Origin: Octopus bimaculoides
Lineage: Eukaryota
Direction: 5' to 3'
DNA length: 64,000 nucleotides
Assembly (NCBI RefSeq): GCF_001194135.2
Contig: NC_068989.1
Coordinates: 85,335,539 to 85,399,538 of the forward strand
Each line of letters starts with the position of its first letter. Within the stretch, counting starts at the first letter, position 1. Under the pieces are notes generated by a model. The model was not told the origin of the DNA. It saw only the letters and a list, made by a program, of their open reading frames with translations, and searched no databases. The translations under genes were made by a program, and so were the position numbers. Positions 51,115-64,000 of this stretch are shown here, piece by piece.

Positions 51115-51805
51115 CTGCGAAAAATAAAGACAGATGCAATGTAGTGGTGAGCATCAACATTTTCAATTGTTTCTTGCATATAAACTACAATGTAGATGAA
51201 ACACGCAGACAAAATATGCTCAGTGAATGTAGAGGATTACATACATTATGAGTATGTCTATGATAGTGAAACAAGGGCAACGAATAGAGAGGGTTCTGTG
51301 TAGTGTGATGCATGGAGGTAAAATATGAAGAGCCTATGTAGAAGACTGTGTTGTGTATGTATATGATGGTGTTTATGGTAGTGAATATACAGGACACTAC
51401 ATGGTGTGTAAAAGCTGTGTATTGGGTATGGTAACATGGAGAGTGACTGTAGAGGGCTACATGTGGAGTGCATGAGGTGTGATGGTATAGAGTAGTGAAA
51501 CATGGACAATATATGCAGAGGATTTCCAGTGATTAGAGAGAGAAGATTGAGTTTGGTTATTAAATGTATAATATAACTACAAAAGCTGAACAAAAGTCAG
51601 TTAAAAAAAAAAAAAAAAAGAGACAGAATCAAGGGAAGATAATTAGGATTGTCTTGACAAATAAAAATGGTAAAGCTATTAAAATTGACATTACAGGATT
51701 CTGAATTGGCTGAATTTAAACTTTTGTTCTGAAAATGGCAGAATTTAAATTCTTCTTTTTTAATTCTCATCATATTGAATACATCTAAAAAATACTCCCT
51801 GCGGG

Positions 51806-51846
<41 letters not shown>

Positions 51847-52044
51847 ATTTAAGGTGTATTCCGGTAGGAGCGTATCAGAGTACAAAATAGAGCTCGTTCA
51901 CCAAATAACCAGTAGTATTCCAAGTCTAGGCTTAGGCATTCATCCTGTGTATATGTGGATCTATGTTGTTTCAAAACATGTGTAGTGTTTATTAAATAGC
52001 TGTCTAAACTTACTCCTTCCTGTTGACTCTATTTATTCAATTTT

Positions 52045-52100
<56 letters not shown>

Positions 52101-52268
52101 GTGGGTTAATCATTTTACATACTTGTCTAGGTCAGATGAGATTCTCTAGCACAGTCACACTATTGTTACAGTCATTTATACATACATATATACAAGTAGA
52201 GTTAAGTTAAATAAAACACTGGATGGTCTGGACTGACCTGGGGCTAAACAACAAAAACAAAAACTTAC

Positions 52269-52377
52269 TTTGTATTTCATAGAGTTGCATTTCTGGACCG
52301 TTTGCTTCTATCATTTGGTGATTGTCAACATTTTTCTTTGAACGTTCTTCTTCTAGGTTTTGAGTCAACTTCTTAAC
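52269..52377 (-). CDS. LRRFIP2: LRRFIP-family exon
   Basis: Acceptor taaacag|, encodes VKKLTQNLEEERSKKNVDNHQMIEANGPEMQLYEIQ (cf. IRKLKLQLEEERQK...LQFIEMQ), donor A|gtaagt. Not in the ORF track. Confidence 0.88.
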
Positions 52378-53897
52378 CTGTTTAAAAACAAAAAAATTCA
52401 GGTGAGAGTAAGAAACATTAACAAAAATGATAAAGACACTTACATAAATTTGATGTCATCCCCCGCTATCTCTCTCTCTTACAACTGAACAGGCCATCAT
52501 CTTTCAAACCAGTTCAAACTATTTCTAAGTCCTCAACACATTTACATCACTTGTTTAATCTTTTCATTACCATATTTATTTTGAGGTGCTCTGTGTTTCT
52601 TTCAATTAATTTTAAATTTAACAAAGAATTTAGTAAAATAGCTTAGTTATCATTAAGCTAGTGTTAGGAACATAAATTGTGACTAAGGTTTGGTGGAAGA
52701 TTTTAATTCAAAGTTTATGAAAACAAGACATTTGTACTACAGAGCCAGAGCTGGTTTCAGCTGGAGTTGTATTGAAAGGGTTAATTGCTTATTTCAACAT
52801 TTGTTTCACAAGTCTTAGGATTTACACATTATGATCAAAGTAACAAAAAGTAGGTGGGAGTGGGAAGCAAAATCCCACCCTTATAAATTCTAATAGTCTT
52901 CCATTCAAAATAATCAACTCAGTTTCCATTCCCTTAAATTTAACAAGATTTTACTAGTATGTACTACTGGCATTGTATGTTATTGAGGTAACTACAGTGT
53001 GTTAATGAGGTCAGTCTTGTGTGTGTTAATGAGGTGATTTAACCCTCTAGTATTCAAACAGGCCATATCTTGCCCAAATATACTAACTGCTTTATGTTCA
53101 AACTGGTTAGATCTGGCCTCTCACACCTACTCTATGATGTCATTCTAAAAATATACATTCACATCATTAAAAATTCAAAGCTACAAGATAATGCATGATT
53201 AATTGAAAACATATGAATAAATAGGCATTACATTTGACTAAGCAATCTGAACACTAATGAGTTAAGGCATATTATTGTCAGATGCCTTTGGTATGTTTCA
53301 GCTGTTAGCAATTAAGTAATGGAGATGGGGTTGTGTGCAGGTAATTAAATTTCAGTTTATAATTTGTAGGGTAGCCTTAATATACTAACTTCACAATCTT
53401 CTAAAAGGTAAACCCTACATAACTTACTAAACTATAAAACTTGACATGACCACCAAACTACAAACTCCAAACCACCCTACAAACTATAAATCTTACCCCA
53501 TCCAATGAACTTAACTCATTCTGTCCTGTTCTGATGCTTGACTCTGGTCAGCAGACATCATATAAATCTCTTCTCTTCCAACTTAAGCTGCCAACCTATT
53601 GTACGTTCATGTATCCCTTATGTCTTTATTGTTAAACAGAGCAAACACAAATTTTCCCTTGGTCAAGCAACCCAGAAATGTGAAGAGAGGAAAATCTCTC
53701 CTGGATTAGTCGCTAGTCTACAGCAAATAGCACTTCCAGAAAAATCCTCTATGTCTCTGTATAGAACACCAGCAGTCTTATAGAGACTTAACGGTTCAAA
53801 AGTCTGATTAACACCTTACTCCCTTAGTCCAATATACCTCTCCATATTCCAATATAAAGTGGTAGAAATAGAGGACCAGGTTATCAATGATACATAC

Positions 53898-53944
53898 CTC
53901 TTCTTTTAATAATTTGTTCTCTTCCAAAATAGCAGCATTTTCCC
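53898..53944 (-). CDS. LRRFIP2: LRRFIP-family short coiled-coil exon
   Basis: Acceptor atttcag|, encodes (G)ENAAILEENKLLKEE, donor |gtatgt. Phase 1 to 0. Confidence 0.72.
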
Positions 53945-55309
53945 CTGAAATTGAGAAAAAAACCCACTTTAAATTACTTTTGTGTCTCACGTTGATTTTT
54001 CACAGCAACAACAGAAGCAGCAAACAACACCAACAACATCCAAACACAAATAAGCATCAAATTTTTGGTTAGTCAACAATTGCAGGATAACTAAAAGTAA
54101 AATTTAAATAATGATTTTGTTTCTAAATATCTACCTTTTCTTCACTAATTACTCTTTCATAACTTTGTTTAGTCATGGCTTCTTTTTTTTACTTGTCGAT
54201 TCTATATCTCACCTTCAACTCCATTTATCTAAACTATGGATATATTTAAGATAAACACCGTATACATTCAACCAATGGCACTTGTGATGCCATACGTAAC
54301 TTAAAATGTTTTACTTTCAGTAAACATTTAACTAAAAAAATTACAACAGAAAAGAAAACTAATTTGCATCATATGTAAATCTGTGTGTGTGTGTGCTTAA
54401 GAAAAGGATCTACAACAATTAATAGATTGCTGCATCATCATCATCATTATCATGGATTAATTTCCATCTATAGTAACGCCTCGATATACAAGTTAATTTG
54501 TTTCCAGAGATTACTCGTAAAGCAGAGCAATAATTTCCCATAGTAGCAATGAAATTTTATGCTGTCATTTCACTCCATTGCTGTGTAGACACATCAGAAC
54601 CAGTGTTGCCACATGTTGTGACATTGCCACACACACAAAATGGCTGTTTAACCTTTTTATATTTATTATAAAATAAATCTCATAAACTTGGGGGTCTTAT
54701 AAAGTGTGCCCTAATAAAGTGAGGTATTACTGTAGTTTGTTTCAGGTAAGTTAACTTGACACAGTCCAGTTCTCTCTAGACTGTTGACAACAGCTGAAAA
54801 TCACTGATGATAGAAAGAAATGAAGTGTCAAACCTGTAGACCCAGTAGTTTAGCACTACCTTAAAGCATGTGTATTAATACACACATGCATATATATACA
54901 CATGTATGTACAAATATCTAAACATAAACTAGTCCAAAGAAACCAGAAAATTGCATTAACTCTGTTTCACAGAATTCCTAGAATAAGCCAAGTTGGTGAC
55001 CACACCAATCTTATTTTACAAATTAAGTGCGTGTGGTCAAGTTGGTGATTGGCTTTCAGTCCACATGTAGTGATGAGCTGTAAGATCATCAAATTAATAC
55101 ATTTTAGAATGAAGACTGAGTAAAACAATCCAGTAAAGTAGAGAGGTTTTTTTTCTTTTGCTGATGTTGGTAATGGTGTCAGGCTTGGCTTCAGAGAAGT
55201 TTTAGAGATAAAGTGGATACAGAATCTTGTCAAGCGAAAACTTGGATATACAATGCCATATTTAACTCTGATCCCAACATTACTTCTGATTTGGAGTACA
55301 GAGAAAATA

Positions 55310-56410
55310 TTGTTCACAGACATGCCACACCTGAAGTTGCTCGTAAAAGCCAGACACGTTATATCTAAAGCTGCTTGTAACTCAGACATGTCGCTTCTAA
55401 AGTTGCTTGTAACAGCCAGGCATGTCACTTCTAAAGTTGCTTGTAACAACCAGGCATGTCGCTTCTAATGTTGCTTGTAACAGTCAGGCATGTCACTTCT
55501 AAAGTTGCTTGTAACAGANNNNNNNNNNCTTCTAAAGTTGCTTGTAACAACCAGGCATGTCGCTTCTAATGTTGCTTGTAACAGCCAGGCATGTCACTTC
55601 TAAAGTTGCTTGTAACAACCAGGCATGTCGCTTCTAATGTTGCTTGTAACAGTCAGGCATGTCACTTCTAAAGTTGCTTGTAACAGACAAATATGTTGCA
55701 CCTGAAGTTGCTTATAATAGACACATACTGCACCTAAAGTTGCTTGTAATGGACATATCATGCCTGAAGTTACTTGTAACAGAAACCATATCACACATTA
55801 AGTTGCTTGTAATAGACATGTTGCATCTAAAGTGGGTTGTAACAGACAGACATATCACATCTAAAATTGCCTGTAACACACACATGTTGCATCTAATATT
55901 GCTTATAACAGACAGACATGTCACATCTAAAGTTGCTTGAATCATACAGGTCATACCTGAAATTTCTTACTGCTGATATATCATACTTGAAGTTGCTTGT
56001 TACAGACAATATTATAGCACCTTAACCCCACCTCCCTCAACAGCATGCAAATAAAACTCTTACAACTGTATCAAGTCCTAGACCTTATCATTCTTATCTT
56101 TTCCTGTGAAATACATCCTTAACATAGCAAAGATTGTCGCTGAAAGTTGCTTGTTACAGACAGACATGTCACACCTGAAGTAGATAGTTACAGACATGTC
56201 ACATCTGAAGCTTTGGTTAACAAATACATCACACTTGAAGTTGCTCATTGCACTGACAAAAATAAAGCTGTGAAGACACATCACACGAGAAATTGCTTGT
56301 TACAGACATGTCACATGGAAGCTGCTTGGTAAATACGTTACACCCGAATGTGCTTGTTATACATGACATGCCCAAAGTTGCTTGTGACATACACGTTACA
56401 CCCAAAGTTT
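55310..56410. repeat. 30-34-bp minisatellite array, left part
   Basis: Unit ttctaaagttgcttgtaacagccaggcatgtcac (34 bp), grading into degenerate units of about 30 bp. Confidence 0.85.
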
Positions 56411-56419
56411 TCTTGTTGG

Positions 56420-57835
56420 TCAGAGCTGGTTCAATCTGATCTGGTCTGGAGAAAAAGAGCTGCAATCCTGGCGTTTAAAGACCCTCCAAGACTGGTGATA
56501 TTGATGGCATTAATGTTATTCTGGAAAAGCTGATGGCTGCAGGTAGAACATGTACAAAGAAGGAATTCCAGAGAATTGTCATGTTCTGGGGAGGAAGGAC
56601 AGGGTGCAGAGGTTATTGCAGAACCTGAAAGGAGTGGACACAATATGGATGATGGGTGGAGGAGAGACAAGTGAGTTGGGGGTGCCTGAATGGAAATAGT
56701 ATGAGACCAATCAGAACCCAGAAGCAGAGGCCACTGTAATTGGAGTAGAAAGGAGAAAAGAGAGACAGAAGAGATTGCAGGTTTGTGGGTCAGAGGTCGG
56801 AGTGTGTTGGTGATGATTTTTTGCCACTCAATAAGGAGACTATATTTTAGACACAATCTATAGTGTGTGTGTGTGTGTAGCAGCAGCAGCAGAGTTTCAT
56901 ATGTGGGAGCAGTACTTAATTGTAGATCTCACATAAGATTTGTAAAGGATCAGTTGAGAGGGGCTGAAATACCTGCTTGCTCTGAGAAAGGCTGGTCTTT
57001 GAGATGCTGTCATTACTATGTAAAGGATGTGATCCTCATTAAGGGTCAAGTTTGGTATTTGCAGCAATTATTAGAGTTTTACTTCCGTGATGCTCATATT
57101 CAAGGATGGGGTTAGGGGAGGGGGTGGAATGCAATGGTTTCTTGATATTTATAGTTGTGTGTTTTTGTTGTTGAAGGAGACACAGTTGTCCTGACCCCAT
57201 TCAAGGATGTTTTTAAGGTTGCTATTCATGGAGTTGGTGCAGATTTAGAATGAGGTGACAAGATTACATATGGATGATGGTTTGGTGAGGAGGAATGGAA
57301 AGGAATGGGAGCAGCATCTGCATAACAGTGGGTATCGGGGGGAGGGTTATAACAAGTAGTGAATACACAGGAAAAGAAGTGTGGAGGACAAAACTGAGCC
57401 CTGAAGTACACTTAAGTTTATAGCGGAGGTCAGAGAGAAATCCATCAATACATACTATGGAAGTGCAGTCTTTCATAAATTGCACTTTCATAGTATGAAA
57501 CCACAGATCGAAGAGTCAAAAGATGGATGGAGTCCATAGGCAGGTAGTTTTGCCAGGAAATTTATATGCTGGGCACAGTCAAAAGCTTTGCTGATGCTGA
57601 GAGCAACAACGTTGCTTTCATGATATTTCTCAAGGATAAGAGTTCACTAGTATAAGTAACAAAGAAGAGTAGGACTTGAGTAAATCTGGCTTTGCAAAAA
57701 GTCATGCTGGTGGTCATTAAGGAAGGTGAGAGATTCAAGTTGTTGAAAGTTCAATAGGAAGATAGTTAACAGTGTCAGAAGATTAGGACACATTACAGTA
57801 TGATTCCAAAGATCAGGACATACCACTAGAAAGAG
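56420..57835 (-). mobile_element. Decayed, 5'-truncated CR1/L2/Jockey-like LINE (RT region to 3' end)
   Basis: Fragmentary motifs in the correct order: NYLPI, VVALSISKAFD, LPAYGLHP, QGSVLS-like, HCYADA (YADD), FLRASRYFSPSQL-LYKSYVRSTIKYCSH, LWNS...FQNNINAIN. Confidence 0.8.
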
Positions 57836-57944
57836 GGGGGAAAGAGGAGTAGAGAAAGGGAAGGAGAGAGAGAGAGAGAGAGAGAGTGGGGAAAGAATTT
57901 GGTGAGAGTAAGGGCATATTGTTTGGGAGAAACAGAAGGGTTAT

Positions 57945-58300
57945 TACAGACATGTGACACACCCAAAGTTGCTTGTTATAAGCATGTCACACCCAAAGTT
58001 GACTCAAGAGGTATGTCGCACTGAAAGTTGCTTGTTATCAACATATCACACCCAAAATTACTTTGCTGCAGATTTGTTATATCTAGTGTTGCTTGTTACA
58101 GACATGTCACACCTGAAGTTGTTTGTTACAAACACGTCACACCTGAAGTTGTTTGTTACAGACATGTCACTCCTGAAGTTGTTTGTTACAGACATGTCAC
58201 ACCTGAAGTTGTTTGTTACAGACACATCACACCTGAAGCTGTTTGTTACAGACATGTCACATCTGAAGTTGTTTGTTATAGACAAAGACACTTGTAATAA
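57945..58300. repeat. 30-bp minisatellite array, right part
   Basis: Unit acagacatgtcacacctgaagttgtttgtt with exact 30-bp period at 58098-58280. Confidence 0.85.
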
Positions 58301-58646
58301 ACATGTCTCAAATTATCACATTTGTTAATAAGTCACAGAGAAAATTGTTATACAATCGTTAAATTAGAATGAAGGTAGATTAATTACAAGTTATATAATC
58401 TGACAATTATATAATTTTGTAATTATCAAAGTCAGATTGAAGTTATTAGTTACATCTTAGTCACAACAAAAAGGACTATTAGGGTCAAGATAAAACCAAG
58501 AAACTTTTAGTCAGGTAACAACTTGGGAATTTAAGGAGTCTACACATGAGTGAAATGTATGTATGTACACATACATACATACAGAAATTATACATATACA
58601 TACATAAATTTACACATACATATACACAGAAATTATAGATATACAC

Positions 58647-58751
<105 letters not shown>

Positions 58752-60811
58752 TAAACACATACACAGTTGTACAGTAGAATTCTGTTGGGTAACCTGGTCT
58801 CATCTCCGACAAACTGGAGAAGTCAGGAGTCAGGAGTGGTAACGAATGTCTTCATTCTTTTAATTCCTGTTTCAGAATGAGGTCCAATCCTTTTACTATT
58901 ATTTTTTTCTTTCTGAATCATTCACATGTCTTAGCATTTTTTCTCTTTCCTACATCCATCCATGTAGCAGAAAACTTCATTTTTTTAAGGGATGGTTGTG
59001 GTAGAAGTAATTATTGTTAATGAAAAACATGGTAAACATTCAATTAAATCTGCTGAAAGTGTAGTATTCTGTACTGAATTTATGAAAACAATTTTTCCTC
59101 CTGCCATCTATAAACAGTTCGACCACCACCATCAATTTTCTTAATTCCTCGATCCCATTCTTGTCACCTATGTCTGCCCTAACCCCATAAATTGAAAGCC
59201 AACCCCACACTGGATTTGCTACATGCAACCTTTCACCTCACAATTGCATTGTCAATACCCATCACTGCCCACCATCTTCTTACAACTGGCTTATTCTCTC
59301 TTTCCAAACTGAATCTGTTTTATTCCTTAAACTTTGTAGTCTTGTTCTAACAATTGGGCTAAATTACCCAATATCTTGTCATTTAACCCCAAAGCCACCC
59401 TTACCATACATACCAATAAAGTTGTGACCACCCAATTTTTCAAGTGTATGTAATACTGCATCATCTAATGTACCCGTTCCTTATTTAAAATGGAAGGGTA
59501 TATGAGTGTGTGTGTATAAACACATATGTATGTATGCATATATATATACCAAAGTAAACACATAAATGTGAAACGAGGTGGGAAAAAATAGTACTCAAAT
59601 ACCAGAGGTAGAGTAATCATCATCATCATCCTCCAGTGTTTTAAATCCAAGTTTTGTCCCCGTTAATGGGGGTGGCCAGATCTACCTCACTGCCATAGCA
59701 ACTGAGGCAGACAGGTGCAGCCCACTCCAACCTCTGGACTGGCTGGTGCCCGTTCTCCCTTGCTACCATGAGGCTTTTTTGGAACTGGATTTTTGTACAG
59801 GGAGCCTGCCCTTGCTTACCCCCAACTTCAGCAGTTTTTTGTGATGTTTTTGCAGCTTTAATAATACATACATATACATATAAATACACATGTGTATGCA
59901 TAAGAGTATAAGTAGCTTCAATCTATTCAAAGACATCCTTGCATGCACACATGTATGCATACACACACACACACACACACATACATACATACAAGCACAC
60001 AAATTTAACAAAAAATGATGACAAATGCTGCAGTAACAGACTAAGTGACATGCAACATGGTTAGATGGTAGTTGGAGTTACAGATACATTACATAACATC
60101 TATGATTATCTTATGTTAAAGACGACACTAGGACACAACAACGTTAATAATAATGATTTGTGACAGGTACAAAGTTGCAAAGGAAACAGTTATTAATATC
60201 AACTTCAGTACTTGACTGATATTTTATATTTTTTTAATCAGCCCCTGGAAGGATGAAAGACAAAGTCGAACAGAGCAAGAACTGAACTCAGTACCATGAA
60301 ATACCACAAGGAATTTTGATCGACACTCTACCAATAACAATGATTATTGAAAGGATAACAGGTTGATACAAGTATGAGTTTGCAGGTGAACTTCAACCAA
60401 ATGTTAAAACAATGAAAAGGTAAAAGAAACAAATACAAGATCCAGTTGTAGTGTAGCATGCTCGGCACCTCATGGTGACAAATGCAACATGGCAACAATT
60501 GTGTGTATATGTTAGTAGACAGACAAGAGAAGATACAAGGTCGATTGGTAGTCATTATTTACACAGAAATTTCTGGACATTTTAAACTACTGTTCTGGAT
60601 TGTCTGTTTAATACCATCCAAACATGTAACCAGTGGTCAGGCTCATGCTACTCACTGTTGCTGGTAAATTGCAGGCCAGAATCAATTGGATACTTAAATA
60701 AGACCCGATGACATTGATTACTCATTAGTAAAGATTAGTAGTTTAACGATATAACCAGACAAAATGGAGAGACAAGTTTGCTCTCGCATCAAAAGAAAAG
60801 AAAAGAAAAAC

Positions 60812-61138
60812 CTGATCGTGGGTCAATAGATGTTTCCCTTGAGCGAAAAGCTTGACCCCTGGACAGTGGTTCAGGTGAGTAAATTGACCGCTGACTAGCA
60901 CGACGGTCTAAAATACCACTCTTTGGTGAAGAGTCACGAGAGAAAATAGAACGCTGACCATTAGAGACAAGGCTGTTTCTTCGGCCAGTGGAAGAAAGAT
61001 CACGAGTAGATCCATAGGGTTTAGCAGTGTAACCAGCACTGGAATCAATTGACATTCGACTTTTTGACATTCTGTCATCACTGTTGAGGTCATGAGAAGA
61101 CTCGGTCAGTGAGAGTGCACTGTCATAGACCACAGAAT
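60812..61138 (-). CDS. LRRFIP2: LRRFIP-family Ser/Arg-rich exon (putative isoform-specific)
   Basis: Pyrimidine tract and tcag| acceptor, 327 nt open, encodes (D)SVVYDSALSLTESSHDLNSDDRMSKSRMSIDSS...RETSIDPRS, weak donor CAG|gttttt. Phase 1-1, compatible with the 53944 exon. Assignment to this gene rests on position and phase. Confidence 0.62.
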
Positions 61139-61559
61139 CTGATAAATAAGAAAAATGGGAAGAAAAAGAAAGGAGAAAAAAAATTAGATACATTTGGTGA
61201 GTTGGCATTTAGAGGATTTTTACCTGCTTTTTGGTTTGGGCTTTGTCAAAGTTTGTATTAGTGAGTAGTGACAGTTTATAAGGGGAGGAGTATGTGTGAA
61301 TATATATATATATTCGCACAAGCACAATGCATACAACTGACAACCAACACCTGTAGTAAAATACAAAGACTCAATGTACTAAATATTCATTGAAACTCCA
61401 AAAGGTATTTGAAAAATTACTTAATTAGGAAATAAAGACTTCTGATTAAACTTCATTTTGGGACTTCAGCAATAAGACTGTTGATGACGTTGAGCACGAA
61501 TCAAACAAAAGTTGAAATGTAATGTAGATATAAGTATTGTAAATATATAATCCTGTAGT

Positions 61560-61760
61560 AACACCGTGCGCATGCGTAGTCTCACGCATGCGTGGAATTA
61601 AACAAGCAAGCGTTCCCGCTTCTATTCTATCTCTTTCTCGGTTGGCCGGCCATGAGCATGGACGTGTCAAGCAGTGTCTCCAACATTCCAACTCTGGAGA
61701 CAGTCTCTTTACGTGTTTAGCTGTCTCTCTTCATCTTTCGAACTTACACTCGACAGCTTG
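61560..61760. promoter_or_regulatory. CpG-rich patch with two NRF1-like palindromes; candidate internal promoter
   Basis: TGCGCATGCG at 61567-61576 and the perfect palindrome CACGCATGCGTG at 61583-61594, in otherwise CpG-poor DNA about 430 bp upstream (minus strand) of the Ser-rich exon. Confidence 0.45.
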
Positions 61761-63282
61761 CTTACATCTACACAACAACTGACCCAACAACTATGCTCAC
61801 ACACACAGAAGCTGTAACAACAAACAAGAGCTAAAGATGTATATATTTACCACCTGAATAAATGTTGTTTAAGTTGATGGTCTGGAGTTCAGCGTTCCGT
61901 TATATTCGTAATTTTATATAGGAAAGTCAGGTATACATCTAATGATGTATAACCAACTTTCCTATAATCTAAACATGGTGCAAATAGTGTGGAGAATAAT
62001 AATCTAAATAGCAGCAACAATTTTTGAGTTCAAATCCAGTCAAGGACCATGTAAATATCCAGGAATATGATACCTGAGTGGTTGGCGTTAGGAAGGGCAT
62101 CCAGCTGTAGAAACTCTGCCAAATCAGACTGGAGCCTGGTGTTGCCATCCGGTTTCACCAGTCCTCAGTCAAATCGTCCAACCCATGCTAGCATGGAAAG
62201 CGGACGTTAAACGATGATGATGATGATGATGATGAACAATCTGAAATGCAGTGTACATTTGCACATCAGCAAATAGATTATACACTGTTTGTATATACTT
62301 TTAGCTAGTAATTCGATTTCATTTCAGATGTGGTGGGCAAGTATACGGAACTGATGATCATATCTGCCATTCTGGATCCCTTCCAGGGTTGTCTCATTTC
62401 CCCTAGCTTTGAAGTATACTGTATTTTTTAACACTATACATCTTTAAAGAGATCTCTCCCAGATGTAGTGCCACAGCTACAAGCATTTAATAACATACAT
62501 TAAGTATGTGATGTTGATAATGTTTATATTACTGAGCTGTTTCTAACACAAAATTCTGCATTTCCACACACACACACGCACTTCAGTTGACATGGATAGT
62601 TTAAAAAATGTTAACATTGCCAACAATTAATCCCAGGGATTTAATCAAATCAGCATTTGATCTTAAACATTTAACTAACAAGCTGTTCAAATCCTGGGGT
62701 GTAACAGAAAATATAGTGAAAACTAGTTTTGGTGATGTCACTAAGTGCTGGTACCACAAAAAACGCTCCTAGTATATATACTGTAAAGAGGTTGGTGTGA
62801 AGAAGAGTACCCAACTATAGAAACCATGACAAAGAAAATACTGGAGCTCAGCACAACCCTCTGGCTAGTTGGTTCCTGTCAAACCATGTTGGCATGGGAA
62901 AAGAGACATTAAGTGATTGTGACGACATTTACGCATCTGGTTTTCCTTCAAACCTCACTACTCTCATCTTTTCATAGCTGACAAGCTTATTCAAATTTAC
63001 CACTTCTATTAAATAATTGTTCTGGCACTCCATCGGTTATGCTGAGAAGGTTTCCAATCAACCGAACAGCTCGTTTGTGAAATTAATGTGCAAAAGGCTG
63101 CTACTCTTTTACTCTTTTACTTGTTTCAGTCATTTGACTGTAGCCATGCTGGAGCACCGTCTTTAGTCGAGCAAATCTTTGTTAGCCTGGTACTTATTCT
63201 ATCAGTCTCTTTTGCAGAACCGCTAAGTTACGGAGACGTAAGCACATCAGCATCGGTTGTCAAGCGATGTTGGGGACACACA

Positions 63283-63335
<53 letters not shown>

Positions 63336-64000
63336 GACGGGCTTCTTTCAGTTTCTGTCTACCAAATCCACTCACAAGGCTTTGGTCGGCCCAAGGCTAT
63401 AGTAGAAGACACTTGCTCAAGGTGCCATGCAGTGTGACTGAACCCGGAACCATGTGGTTGGCAAGCAAGCTTCTTACCACACAGCCACTCCTGCACCTAA
63501 TGACACATGTCTTTTAATGACACATATAAATACTCACACCTGATAACTCACTTCTTACCTTTACTAAGCTAAATACTAACATAACCAGGTGTGTTGCAGT
63601 TGACAGTCGATGATACACTACATGCTGTATTGAGGAAGGATTAAAGATTACTGATTTAGTGGAGTAAATTTCTTGTAAAAAAAAAAAAGAGTTAAGATAA
63701 GGTTGTTCTTTTTTTAAAATCTAATCTGAAAATTAATATCTGGGCAGTTAGGTAGAAGTCATTAGAAAGGGCAAGGAACACAAACAACTCCTGGGAGACT
63801 AAGATGTGAAGATAAATCTGGAAGATCTTTTACTAGAGGATTACAAGCATCTAACAACAATATCAACAACATCAAAAAAAAAACAAAACTTGGAAATGTA
63901 TCTAGAAAAGTCTATGTTAGGACTGTCAAAAAGTCTTCAAGTTTCAACAGGATCCTAAAAGAAAAAATACAAAAAAAAAAAGAAAAAGAAATAAAAATCA

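Noticed and set aside
55080-55300. VKYGIVYP as the LRRFIP KHGLVIIP exon
   Set aside because: The similarity is limited to a few residues, the flanks are unlike LRRFIP, and no compatible splice sites were found.
55310-58328. 30-34-bp repeat arrays as CRISPR, or as Cys/His repeat proteins (ORFs 54967-55449, 57954-58328, 58028-58297)
   Set aside because: There are no unique spacers and the context is eukaryotic. ORFs are open in several frames on both strands, as expected for a stop-poor minisatellite.
61748-61811. Candidate 64-nt minus-strand exon with good splice sites
   Set aside because: The only open frame is Cys-rich with no LRRFIP similarity, and its phase does not fit the next exon. 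It may be non-coding and is unsupported.

Overview
Animal genomic DNA, AT-rich, full of microsatellites and repeats, with ten assembly gaps. The repeat families look like those of an octopus or other coleoid cephalopod (inference). Two multi-exon genes converge. (1) RBM45 on the + strand, 637-30431: nine coding exons are visible with consistent GT-AG phases, and two expected exons are missing, probably in N-gaps. (2) The 3' part of an LRRFIP1/2-family gene on the - strand, about 47995-61138: five coiled-coil exons plus a Ser/Arg-rich exon. That exon is phase-compatible with a short exon and would give a non-canonical N-terminus, downstream of a CpG-rich patch with NRF1-like motifs. Introns and the intergenic region hold at least four SINE-like families, mariner/Tc1, piggyBac-type and Helitron-type non-autonomous elements, two dead Tc1/mariner transposase remnants, a decayed CR1/Jockey-like LINE inside a minisatellite array, and several long foldback hairpins. 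The most unusual item is a TSD-flanked, partially tandem and partially inverted element of about 600 bp (12511-13124) with a 352-bp repeat period. It carries a minimal Penelope/retrozyme-type hammerhead ribozyme motif, and further decayed hammerhead-like motifs occur at about 3.2 kb and 25.5 kb. No prokaryotic features or CRISPR arrays were seen.
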